Origin: Bacteroidales bacterium
Lineage (GTDB): Bacteria > Bacteroidota > Bacteroidia > Bacteroidales > UBA6680
Assembly (NCBI GenBank): GCA_025210735.1
Contig: JAOARD010000040.1
Span: 27,347-91,346 of the forward strand
Length of the DNA: 64,000 nt
Direction: 5' to 3'
In this document: one piece after another, positions 39,468 to 48,021 of the stretch
Position numbering within the stretch: the first letter of the stretch is position 1
Layout: each line of letters starts with the position of its first letter
The notes under the pieces: model-generated
The model's input: only the letters and a program-made list of their open reading frames with translations
The model's database searches: none
Told to the model about the DNA's origin: nothing
Translations under genes and position numbers: made by a program

Positions 39468-39650
39468 ATGCGAAAACTAAAACTGTCGTTAAAGAAAGAG
39501 GTTATCTCTGACCTTGAAGCAAAAGAAATAAAAGGTGGTAATGGATCAAAATTTGATTGTACGCCAAGAACTGCAATATCACTTTGTATAAGATGTGTTT
39601 ATACAGAGGGTGAGGAGTATACATGTGAAATGGTTTGCGGACTGGAATAA
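39468..39650 (+). CDS. lanA: Lanthipeptide precursor LanA-6
   Basis: Leader conserved; core NGSKFDCTPRTAISLCIRCVYTEGEEYTCEMVCGLE. Confidence 0.75.
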   Translation: MRKLKLSLKKEVISDLEAKEIKGGNGSKFDCTPRTAISLCIRCVYTEGEEYTCEMVCGLE

Positions 39651-39663
39651 AGAGTGAATCATT

Positions 39664-39852
39664 ATGCGAAAATTAAAACTATCGTTAAAAAAAGAGGTCA
39701 TCTCTGACCTTGAAGCAAAAGAGGTAAAAGGCGGTGCAACTATAGATTGCTATTCTGCAAATAGATATTGTAGACCACGTACCAGAGAAATCTCTATTTG
39801 TGTTGATTGTTCGCCAACTGAACAAAGGACTTGCAGAATTTGTGAGGATTAA
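39664..39852 (+). CDS. lanA: Lanthipeptide precursor LanA-7
   Basis: Leader conserved; core ATIDCYSANRYCRPRTREISICVDCSPTEQRTCRICED. Confidence 0.75.
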   Translation: MRKLKLSLKKEVISDLEAKEVKGGATIDCYSANRYCRPRTREISICVDCSPTEQRTCRICED

Positions 39853-39890
39853 TGTAATTATAATAATTACTAATTAACTACTTAATTATT

Positions 39891-40064
39891 ATGAGAAAAC
39901 TGAAACTATCCTTAAAAAAGGATATCATATCAGACCTTGAAAACAAAGAGGTAAAGGGCGGAGTAATTTATTCTGAAAATATGAATTGCAGACCTAAGAC
40001 ATATGAACTGTCGCGTTGTTTAATGTGTGATAAAACGCAAGAGTTAACATGTATGGCTTGTTAA
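39891..40064 (+). CDS. lanA: Lanthipeptide precursor LanA-8 (57 aa, below ORF-track cutoff)
   Basis: MRKLKLSLKKDIISDLENKEVKGGVIYSENMNCRPKTYELSRCLMCDKTQELTCMAC read from sequence. Confidence 0.7.
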   Translation: MRKLKLSLKKDIISDLENKEVKGGVIYSENMNCRPKTYELSRCLMCDKTQELTCMAC

Positions 40065-40104
40065 TAATTTCTTGTTTGACATTTCATATCTAATAATAAG
40101 CCTT

Positions 40105-40290
40105 AGGATAAAACTTAAACTATCTCTTTAAAACGAGATTATATAATATTTTGAGGCAAATAATACCGTAGTTGGAGGTATTAATTCACATAGAACCTTA
40201 TCAATTCAGGCTATATTTTGTCGTGATATTGATAAATGTGAGACAGGTATTGTGATATCGATACTTGTTTACAAATATTTTTTGTTAATA
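40105..40290 (+). pseudogene. Decayed lanthipeptide precursor copy
   Basis: ATAAAACTTAAACTATCTCTTTAAAACGAGATTATA aligns to ATGAGAAAACTGAAACTATCCTTAAAAAAGGATATCATA with start lost and in-frame stops; downstream remnant still encodes CRDIDKCETGIV. Confidence 0.5.
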
Positions 40291-40306
40291 ACTAATAACC
40301 ATAAAG

Positions 40307-40525
40307 ATGAGAAAATTAAAACTATCATTAAAAAAAGAGATCATCTCTGATCTAGAATCAAAAGAGGTAAAAGGAGGTATGAATACTATTGATTTGTGTA
40401 AGACAGAACCACAATCTTATTGGACAAATTGTGAAGTTAATACTTGTGTTAATTGCCTTTTGACTAAAAATTGTGAGACAACACCTTTAGATTCATGTGA
40501 ATGTCTTCCGACATATATGTGTTAA
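40307..40525 (+). CDS. lanA: Lanthipeptide precursor LanA-9
   Basis: Leader ...ESKEVKGG; core MNTIDLCKTEPQSYWTNCEVNTCVNCLLTKNCETTPLDSCECLPTYMC. Confidence 0.8.
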   Translation: MRKLKLSLKKEIISDLESKEVKGGMNTIDLCKTEPQSYWTNCEVNTCVNCLLTKNCETTPLDSCECLPTYMC

Positions 40526-40683
40526 ATATCGGAAATATGATTAATCAAATGGGAATATGTTTTTGAATGGCATTCCTATATCAGGAATATTATAAATGTA
40601 ATTCTGTTTGGCTGATGAATTTTCTAAAACTATACATGTGTATAGTTCTAACTATTACTAATAAACAATTAAAAATCAGAATT

Positions 40684-40872
40684 ATGAGAAAATTAAAATT
40701 AACATTAAAAAAAGAGATTATCTCTGATCTTGAGAATGTAACGGGTGGTATTAATCCTAACAGAACTGTAACAATTCCAGGTACTTGTTGTATCGTTGAA
40801 GAAACTAAGCATTTTCATAGTTGTGAGACTGATTGCAATACAGATACCTGTCATACAAAAATCTTCTGTTAA
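40684..40872 (+). CDS. lanA: Lanthipeptide precursor LanA-10 (TIPGTCC subfamily; start revised from 40567)
   Basis: MRKLKLTLKK begins at codon 40 of the listed ORF; the upstream extension is AT-rich spacer. Confidence 0.75.
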   Translation: MRKLKLTLKKEIISDLENVTGGINPNRTVTIPGTCCIVEETKHFHSCETDCNTDTCHTKIFC

Positions 40873-40893
40873 TAACTAAATAAGATAAGTAAG

Positions 40894-41088
40894 ATGAGAA
40901 AGTTAAAATTATCTTTAAAGAAAGAGGTTATATCTGATCTTGAGTCAGTAACTGGTGGTATTAATCCTTTAAAAACTAGGACAATTCCAGGAACATGTTG
41001 CTTAGATCCAGATCCATCAAGACAAGACGATACTTGTGAAACAAGATATTGCGAAACACAAGCTTGTCATACAAGACAATTTTGTTAA
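40894..41088 (+). CDS. lanA: Lanthipeptide precursor LanA-11 (TIPGTCC subfamily)
   Basis: Leader ...SDLESVTGG; core INPLKTRTIPGTCCLDPDPSRQDDTCETRYCETQACHTRQFC. Confidence 0.8.
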   Translation: MRKLKLSLKKEVISDLESVTGGINPLKTRTIPGTCCLDPDPSRQDDTCETRYCETQACHTRQFC

Positions 41089-41315
41089 TTCAACATGTTT
41101 AACAAATAGAACGTATAGTGAGTGATTTCAATTTTACGATTACTGTTTGCTTGTTTTATATGGATAATTGAGTAAAATTGAATACCTCAAAATATTAAGA
41201 GGGCGTTTAACACGCCCTTTTTAACTTCTAAAACAAGAATATGAGGCGAGCATATACAAGATTTATCTCAAACATAGAGATGAAAAAGTTATGTGAGCTC
41301 ATATAGCAACTGAAA

Positions 41316-41425
41316 AACAAATTTAGATATATGAAACGAAGCATGAGTAAAGGATTTTCTCACACACGAGGATGGCTAAGAATGCGAGTTCCATATGACC
41401 TTTAAGAAACAAATTTAGACATATG
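41316..41425 (+). repeat. Conserved start-codon-proximal element, copy D
   Basis: AAACAAATTTAGATATATGAAACGAAGCATGAGTAAAGGATTTTCTCACACACGAGGATGGCTAAGAATGCGAGTTCCATATGACC...AAACAAATTTAGACATATG; flanked by a 20-bp direct repeat that includes the lanB ATG. Confidence 0.8.
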
Positions 41426-43648
41426 AAACCAGAATACTCTATAGCCGACTCGTTTGTATACCGGCGTCATCTGTTGCCAACAGATACGCTTGATAGTATA
41501 ATAAACGGAGGTGATATATCATTAGATACACTTGTTAAGTTCTGTTTAAAACAGGAGATTTTTGAACCAATATTTATTGCATCGCAAGAGTTGGCATTAC
41601 AGATAGTGAAGTATAATGAAGGAACCCTGAAGGATAAGAAGAAACAGGATAAGCTTAAGGAGTCCCTGCTTAAGTATGTATCGCGTATGTCGTCAAGATG
41701 TACACCATTTGGTCTTTTTGCAGGTTGCTGCACAGGGTCATTTACAGATAATACGGAGGTGCAAATGTCTGAGATATCTGACTTTAGAAAGCATACCAGA
41801 CTTGATATGCACTATCTTATTAATATTGCAGATTATATACAGAAAGATAAAAGCATACGTTCGCAACTTAAGTTTTATCCTAATTCGAGCCTGTACACCG
41901 TAGACGATAAATATCGCTATGTTGAATACAAATACAATAAAGGAAACAGAAAACATTTTATAGTTGAGGTAGAGAGTAATGAATATCTTGATGCAATTAT
42001 TCAGGATGCAAAGCAGGGAAAAACAATAAATCAACTCACAGATGTTCTTACAAAAGATGGATATACCAAAGAGGAGTCAACAGAGTATATAGAGGAGATA
42101 ATTGATAATCAGGTATTGATATCGGAACTTGAACCATCGGTAACAGGAAGTGAGTTTATAGATCACATTAAAAAGAAACTTACAGAGCTTGATAACTCCG
42201 GCGAGATATTATCTGTAATATCAGATATAGACAATAAGATAAACAATATAAATACCTCAGAAATTGGTCTGGAGACATCAAATTACAATGATGTTACAGA
42301 TAAACTTAAATCTTTGGAGTTACCATTTAACCCCAAATATATATACCAGACAGACCTGAATATTGCCAGTAACAGTTGCGAACTGAGTAAAGATATTAAG
42401 AATGATCTTCTTGAAGGGCTAAGTATACTTAACAGAATAACACCAAAAAGAGAGGAGACTCAACTGGATAGTTTTAAGAGTAGTTTCTACTCAAGATACG
42501 AAGAGCGCGAGATGCCTCTGTTACAGGTTTTGGACACTGACTTAGGAATAGGATTCAAACAGAACGGAAAGTCTTCCGGGAATGATATAAATCCTCTTGT
42601 AGACGATCTGTTTATCTCTCCGGGTAAACAAAACGGTTATAAGACTAATATAAATAAGCTGTACAGTATTCTTCATAAGAAAGTTGTTGAAGCAGTAAAG
42701 ACCGATAGCATAGAGATTGAGTTGACAGATAAAGATCTTGAAGGATTTGAGGCAGATAATAATGATATGCCACTATCAATGTCAGCAATGACAGAGGTGT
42801 ATAAAACCGACAATGGTATTGAGATATCACTAAAAAGTGTAGGAGGATCAAGTGGAGCTAATCTGTTAGGACGATTTGCTCAGAGTAATGACGACATAAA
42901 AGAACATGTTAAGAATATTACCTTAAAGGAGCAGGAAAAAACAGGAGATAAAATACTTGCTGAGATTGTCCATGTGCCGGAATCGCGTGTTGGAAATATA
43001 TTGCAACGCCCTGAATTAAGAGATTATGAGATACCATATCTGGGAAGAACAGCCGTTAATCCTGATAATGCAATATATCCTGACGACCTTATGATATCTG
43101 TAAGATATGGTAAATATATTACCCTCAGATCTAAACGACTTAACAAGATTATATCGCCACGATTAAGTACTGCTCATAACTACTCAAATAATGCTCTGCC
43201 TCTTTATGAGTTTCTGTGTAATATGCAGACAGACGGGCTAAAATCCGGACTGTTTTTCCATTGGGGTGATATAGAGAACCAATTTGATTTTTTACCACGC
43301 GTTAGGTACAAAAACATAATATTTGAGCATGCCCAATGGAGGGTGAAAAGTGATGAGGTAAAGCATATATTTGATATTAAGGATGAGCAGAAGATGCTTG
43401 AAGAAATGAATGCTCTGCGTCAGAAGAGAGGTATTCCGGCAAAGGTGCTTCTTGTTGAGGGCGATAATGAGTTATATCTAGATCTTAGTATATCAGCATA
43501 TATAAAACTGCTGAGAGCTGCATCAAAACGCGGAGTATTTGTCCTTAAGGATTTTTATTATACCTCTGATAAGGCTCTGGAGAGTAAAGGTGATAAACAT
43601 TACAGAAATCAATTTGTATTTACATTTGAGAAGGAGGTGCAGAAATGA
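41423..43648 (+). CDS. lanB: Lanthipeptide dehydratase LanB, N-terminal glutamylation part (split LanB)
   Basis: 741 aa; N-terminal FVYRRHLLP (LanB FxxRTPLLP-type) motif; stop overlaps start of the next ORF (ATGA). Confidence 0.85.
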   Translation: MKPEYSIADSFVYRRHLLPTDTLDSIINGGDISLDTLVKFCLKQEIFEPIFIASQELALQIVKYNEGTLKDKKKQDKLKESLLKYVSRMSSRCTPFGLFAGCCTGSFTDNTEVQMSEISDFRKHTRLDMHYLINIADYIQKDKSIRSQLKFYPNSSLYTVDDKYRYVEYKYNKGNRKHFIVEVESNEYLDAIIQDAKQGKTINQLTDVLTKDGYTKEESTEYIEEIIDNQVLISELEPSVTGSEFIDHIKKKLTELDNSGEILSVISDIDNKINNINTSEIGLETSNYNDVTDKLKSLELPFNPKYIYQTDLNIASNSCELSKDIKNDLLEGLSILNRITPKREETQLDSFKSSFYSRYEEREMPLLQVLDTDLGIGFKQNGKSSGNDINPLVDDLFISPGKQNGYKTNINKLYSILHKKVVEAVKTDSIEIELTDKDLEGFEADNNDMPLSMSAMTEVYKTDNGIEISLKSVGGSSGANLLGRFAQSNDDIKEHVKNITLKEQEKTGDKILAEIVHVPESRVGNILQRPELRDYEIPYLGRTAVNPDNAIYPDDLMISVRYGKYITLRSKRLNKIISPRLSTAHNYSNNALPLYEFLCNMQTDGLKSGLFFHWGDIENQFDFLPRVRYKNIIFEHAQWRVKSDEVKHIFDIKDEQKMLEEMNALRQKRGIPAKVLLVEGDNELYLDLSISAYIKLLRAASKRGVFVLKDFYYTSDKALESKGDKHYRNQFVFTFEKEVQK

Positions 43649-44535
43649 AACGATCATTTATTCCGGGAGAGGAGTGGGTATACTATAAACTATATTCAGG
43701 AACAAAGAGTGCAGACAGAGTATTAACACAACATATACTACCACTTGCCGAGGAACTTATGGAGGCTGGGGTTGTTGAAGAGTGGTTCTTTATCAGATAC
43801 TCAGACCCAGATGAACATATAAGAGTACGATTCAGAGTTAAAGATATGACGGCATATGCAACAGTTATATCGCAGGTTACACCTATGCTTAAACAGTTGC
43901 ATGAAACAGGTATTATCTGGAAAATAATGATGGATACCTATAACAGGGAAATAGAGCGTTATGGAAGCGAATCTATACCTGTGTTGGAGAGTCTGTTTTT
44001 TGTTGATAGCAAGCATGTCATGAAACTACTTGGTGCCGTTACAAATCAGGAACATATGGCATATGTAGGTATGCATATGATTGATACTATATTATCAGTA
44101 TTTGGTAATAATCTGGCTGCAAAAAACGATCTTGCAACAATGTGGCACGACTCAATGGGTAAGGAGTTTAATATGGATAAAAGTCTTAGGGTGCAGATAG
44201 ATGGTAAGTACCGAAAATCTAAAAAGAGTGTTGCAGGAGTGTTTGATAATAGCCTGTTTGATACACGTGTACAGATGATACTTAAATCGTACAAAAACCA
44301 ACTATCTGATATTGCAACAAAGATAGATGAGCTTTATGCAGAGGATAAGGTTGAGGTTGAAAAGAAACAGCTGCTGAATAGTATATGCCATATGTCTATG
44401 AATCGTCTGTTCCGTTCTAAGCAGCGAATGAGTGAAATGGTAATATACGGATACCTGTCAAGATACTATAATAGTATGCTTATGAGAGAGAAATATAGCA
44501 AAAAGAGTAAAAAAGAGCTTGTAGAAGCAGAATAG
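43645..44535 (+). CDS. LanB C-terminal glutamate-elimination domain protein (SpaB_C / thiopeptide-type)
   Basis: 296 aa; translationally coupled to the LanB N-terminal gene; YYKLYSG...EWFFIRYSDPDEHIRVRF is typical of the standalone elimination domain. Confidence 0.8.
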   Translation: MKRSFIPGEEWVYYKLYSGTKSADRVLTQHILPLAEELMEAGVVEEWFFIRYSDPDEHIRVRFRVKDMTAYATVISQVTPMLKQLHETGIIWKIMMDTYNREIERYGSESIPVLESLFFVDSKHVMKLLGAVTNQEHMAYVGMHMIDTILSVFGNNLAAKNDLATMWHDSMGKEFNMDKSLRVQIDGKYRKSKKSVAGVFDNSLFDTRVQMILKSYKNQLSDIATKIDELYAEDKVEVEKKQLLNSICHMSMNRLFRSKQRMSEMVIYGYLSRYYNSMLMREKYSKKSKKELVEAE

Positions 44536-44600
44536 CCAAAACGCAATTAACGATAACCATGATTAAATTACGTTGATGTGTTTTTTGATTTGATATGATG

Positions 44601-44634
44601 AACAGAGGGGATGATTCTCCTCTGTTATTTTTAC
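44601..44634 (+). terminator. Terminator after the lanthipeptide operon
   Basis: AACAGAGGGGATGATTCTCCTCTGTT followed by ATTTTTA. Confidence 0.55.
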
Positions 44635-44986
44635 CCCTGTTTAGAACACCTCCTTTATAATTAATATTTGTTGAGTTTATACTACGTTATTTGTATATCT
44701 CTTTTTCTTCTATGTAAGATGTTCAGATCTTATATTAATTGCATGTTTTACGATTAACTTTTTGCTTGTCAGTATTATATATAGTGGTTGTTGTTAATGT
44801 CAGACATAAATAGTATCTGATAAGCTGCACTTAATGGCACCAATGCTATTGGTTGTAGAATTTAACAGAATGTGATTTTTTAAGAAAAAAGCTATATATG
44901 TGATAATAAAATATTAAATTGATTGAGGAAATATATATTACTCTGCTGGTAAATTACTTATATTTGTGGATAAAAAGTATTAAATA

Positions 44987-45589
44987 ATGGGTAAAGTTAA
45001 ATTAAATGTATTAGGTATATCCTATAGCCAGACACAATCCGGAGCGTATGCATTAGTGTTAAGCGAAGCTGACGGAGAGCGCAGAATACCTATAATTATA
45101 GGTGGTTTTGAGGCACAGGCTATAGCTATACAATTGGAGGGATTAACTCCTCCGCGACCACTTACCCACGACCTGTTTGTTCATCTTTCAAATAAATTTA
45201 ATATCAAACTAACCGAAGTAAATATATATAAACTGGAAGAGGGAGTCTTCTTCTCAAAGCTTATCTGCAGTGGTAACGATAAGATTGAGACTATTGATGC
45301 CCGTACATCAGATGCAGTTGCTTTGGCACTCAGATATCACTGTCCGGTTTTTACTACAGAGGAGATTGTTGAGAGAGCAGGAATAATACTTGATACCGAC
45401 CCACCAAAAGAACCTACCAAGTTTGAGGATGATATTGATGAACCAGAAGATTATGAAGATGCTGTTAAAGGATCTCTTAAGGAGGCATCAGTTGAGGAGT
45501 TGGAGAAGATGTTGAATGAGGCAATAAATGATGAAAATTATGAGTTTGCCACACGAGTAAGAGATGAATTAGATAAACGAAAAAAATAA
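44987..45589 (+). CDS. Bifunctional nuclease (BFN/DUF151) domain protein with C-terminal UVR motif
   Basis: IPIIIGGFEAQAIA..., and C-terminal EFATRVRDELDKRKK UvrB/C-like helix. Confidence 0.7.
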   Translation: MGKVKLNVLGISYSQTQSGAYALVLSEADGERRIPIIIGGFEAQAIAIQLEGLTPPRPLTHDLFVHLSNKFNIKLTEVNIYKLEEGVFFSKLICSGNDKIETIDARTSDAVALALRYHCPVFTTEEIVERAGIILDTDPPKEPTKFEDDIDEPEDYEDAVKGSLKEASVEELEKMLNEAINDENYEFATRVRDELDKRKK

Positions 45590-45604
45590 TTTCAAATAAA
45601 TTTT

Positions 45605-47140
45605 ATGAGGAAAGTTGTTTTTGTCGCCTTGGCGACCCTTCTATTGTTTGCTCCTCAATTAATGCTTGCAAACAATGTAGCAGACAGTGTGCAGAATGTG
45701 TTAGAGGTGTCTGAGGTTGTTGATTCTGTTGCTGTTGATAGTGTGACTAGTGTGGTTGATAATAGTGCTCCGGTAGCAACAATTGATAAAGCAGGAGGTG
45801 CCGAAAATGAGGTTGGTTTTGACCTGATAACAATACTCAGAGGTTTACTCGGAATGGCTGTTCTTATAGCAATAGCATGGTTGTTTAGTGCAAATAAAAA
45901 GGCTATAAACTGGAAAATTGTGGCTATTGGTCTTGGTATACAGTTGCTATTAGCATTAGGTATACTTCAGGTTCCTGCAATTCAGGTTATATTTGAGTTT
46001 GTAGGAAAGATCTTTGTTAAGATACTTGACTTTACACAGGCCGGAACAACATTCCTGTTTAAATCGTTTGGTACAGGAGAAATTGAGTCGCCACTTATGA
46101 CATTTGCTGTAATAATATTACCAACAGTAATATTCTTCTCGGCTCTTACAAGTGTGCTTTTCTATCTTGGCGTTATACAGATTGTTGTAAAAGGTCTTGC
46201 ATGGATAATGGCAAAATCGTTTGGTATATCAGGTGCAGAGAGTCTGTCTGTTGCAGGTAATATATTCCTTGGGCAAACAGAGTCACCTCTGATGATTAAG
46301 CCATATCTGGATAAGATGACAAAATCGGAGATACTGCTGGTTATGTCGGGTGGTATGGCAACGCTTGCCGGAGGAGTGCTCGCCGTTTATATTGCTGTAC
46401 TTGGTGGTGACGATAAAGTTATGCAGCTATTCTATGCAAAACACCTGTTAACAGCATCTATTATGGCAGCACCAGGTGTAGTTGTTATCTCTAAGATTCT
46501 GTATCCACAAACGGAGAAGGTGAATACAGATGTAACAGTATCTAATGAGAAGATTGGTAAGAATGTACTTGATGCAATATCAAATGGTACGGCAGATGGT
46601 CTTAAACTGGCTGTTAACGTAGGGGCTATGCTTCTTGTGTTTATTGCATTTATAGCATTTGGTAACTATCTGTTTGAGCTTATAGGGCGTATACCTCTTG
46701 ATTCAACAGATCCAAAAGCTGTTTTTAGGATAAATAACTGGATTGCCTCAATAACCGATGGGCAGTATACTAAGCTATCACTTGAATTTATTCTTGGATA
46801 TACATTTGCTCCGCTTATGTGGTTGCTTGGAGTGTGCAAGGAAGATATGACATATGTAGGACGAGTTCTGGGAGAGAAGATTATACTTACGGAGTTTATT
46901 GGTTACGTATCGTTGGCTGATCTTAAAGCTACATTTGCTGAGAAGAAATCGGCAATTATGGCAACATATATGCTGTGCGGATTTGCAAACTTTGCATCAA
47001 TAGGTATACAGATAGGTGGTATTGGTTCGCTGGCTCCTAATCGTAGAGTATTGCTATCGCAATTCGGACTTAGAGCACTGCTTGCCGGAACATTGGCATC
47101 GTTATTGTCTGCCACTATTGTAGGAATGATTTTAGGATAA
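45605..47140 (+). CDS. Concentrative nucleoside transporter (NupC/CNT family) with N-terminal extension
   Basis: 511 aa, about 10 TM helices; GNIFLGQTESPLMIKPYL and TYMLCGFANFASIGIQIGG match CNT conserved regions. Confidence 0.8.
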   Translation: MRKVVFVALATLLLFAPQLMLANNVADSVQNVLEVSEVVDSVAVDSVTSVVDNSAPVATIDKAGGAENEVGFDLITILRGLLGMAVLIAIAWLFSANKKAINWKIVAIGLGIQLLLALGILQVPAIQVIFEFVGKIFVKILDFTQAGTTFLFKSFGTGEIESPLMTFAVIILPTVIFFSALTSVLFYLGVIQIVVKGLAWIMAKSFGISGAESLSVAGNIFLGQTESPLMIKPYLDKMTKSEILLVMSGGMATLAGGVLAVYIAVLGGDDKVMQLFYAKHLLTASIMAAPGVVVISKILYPQTEKVNTDVTVSNEKIGKNVLDAISNGTADGLKLAVNVGAMLLVFIAFIAFGNYLFELIGRIPLDSTDPKAVFRINNWIASITDGQYTKLSLEFILGYTFAPLMWLLGVCKEDMTYVGRVLGEKIILTEFIGYVSLADLKATFAEKKSAIMATYMLCGFANFASIGIQIGGIGSLAPNRRVLLSQFGLRALLAGTLASLLSATIVGMILG

Positions 47141-47156
47141 TAAAAAATATATAACA

Positions 47157-47801
47157 ATGAAGAGTCTGTTATTTAGTCTGCTGCTGTTAATATCTGTACC
47201 ATTTGCGTACGGACAGGATTCTACCAAGGTAGCTAAGAAGAAGATTACACCGATTCCGAATGCAGAGTACGACTATCTTGTTACAATAAATACTGGTTAC
47301 GGGCAGATGAAACTTCTGCTTTTTGATGAGACACCTGAGCATAAACGCAACTTTATCCGTTTGGCTAAATTGGGTGTGTATAACGGAACAGATTTCTTCA
47401 GGGTTATCGAAAAGTTTATGATTCAGGGCGGAAACCCTAAGTTTAAGAAAAATCCTGATCCTAAAGATATAGAACGTCTTAAGGCAGGAGGGATGAAGCC
47501 TGAGATAAAGCCACATATAAAACATGTGTATGGCTCTATAGCATCGCCCAGCAGTAAGCCGGGAGTTAAATCGAATAGTGCACAGTTTTATATTGTTGAG
47601 AACAAAAACGGAGCACCGCATCTTGATGGTAAGTATACCGTGTTTGGACGTGTTGTAAGTGGTCTGGAGACTATTACAAAGATTGCACGTGTTAAAACAA
47701 ACTCAAAAGACAGACCATTGCGTGAGGTGTGGATGAATATGAAGATAGAGAAGGTTAAGCGTTCTGATATTAAGAAATTTTATGTGATAGATTTCTATTA
47801 G
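47157..47801 (+). CDS. Cyclophilin-type peptidyl-prolyl cis-trans isomerase (secreted)
   Basis: Signal peptide; FFRVIEKFMIQGGNP and SNSAQFYI cyclophilin signatures. Confidence 0.85.
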   Translation: MKSLLFSLLLLISVPFAYGQDSTKVAKKKITPIPNAEYDYLVTINTGYGQMKLLLFDETPEHKRNFIRLAKLGVYNGTDFFRVIEKFMIQGGNPKFKKNPDPKDIERLKAGGMKPEIKPHIKHVYGSIASPSSKPGVKSNSAQFYIVENKNGAPHLDGKYTVFGRVVSGLETITKIARVKTNSKDRPLREVWMNMKIEKVKRSDIKKFYVIDFY

Positions 47802-47824
47802 TAGCTTACTCATACAATATACAG

Positions 47825-47863
47825 AGAGAGGATTGTTAAGTCAACAATCCTCTCTTTTTTTAT
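47825..47863 (+). terminator. Terminator after PPIase gene
   Basis: AGAGAGGATTGTTAAGTCAACAATCCTCTCT followed by T8. Confidence 0.7.
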
Positions 47864-47877
47864 TATTGGAATGTAGG

Positions 47878-48016
47878 TTTATAGGCACGAGTCATAGTGC
47901 ACTTGAAATAGCGTATATTATTTGATATTTAAGATCGCACTAACGTTAGGCCAAATTCTGGAATTTGGCGAATTGAGGTTCTTGGGCACGAGTTATAGTC
48001 AATTTAATATTGTAGG
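47878..48016. repeat. Short GGCACGAG-containing repeat units (about 40 bp), two copies
   Basis: TATAGGCACGAGTCATAGTGCACTTGAAATAG and GTTCTTGGGCACGAGTTATAGTCAATTTAATATTGTAGG; third related copy at 52491-52545. Confidence 0.6.
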
Positions 48017-48021
48017 TTACC

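Noticed and set aside
40567-40683. N-terminal 39-codon extension of the ORF containing LanA-10
   Set aside because: The conserved MRKLKLTLKK start is internal. The extension is AT-rich intergenic sequence not shared with other precursors.
38144-41088. CRISPR-like appearance of the regularly spaced ~70-bp conserved blocks in the lanA array
   Set aside because: The conserved blocks are protein-coding leader sequences with ATG starts and variable spacing (150-400 bp). They are not short palindromic repeats with uniform spacers.
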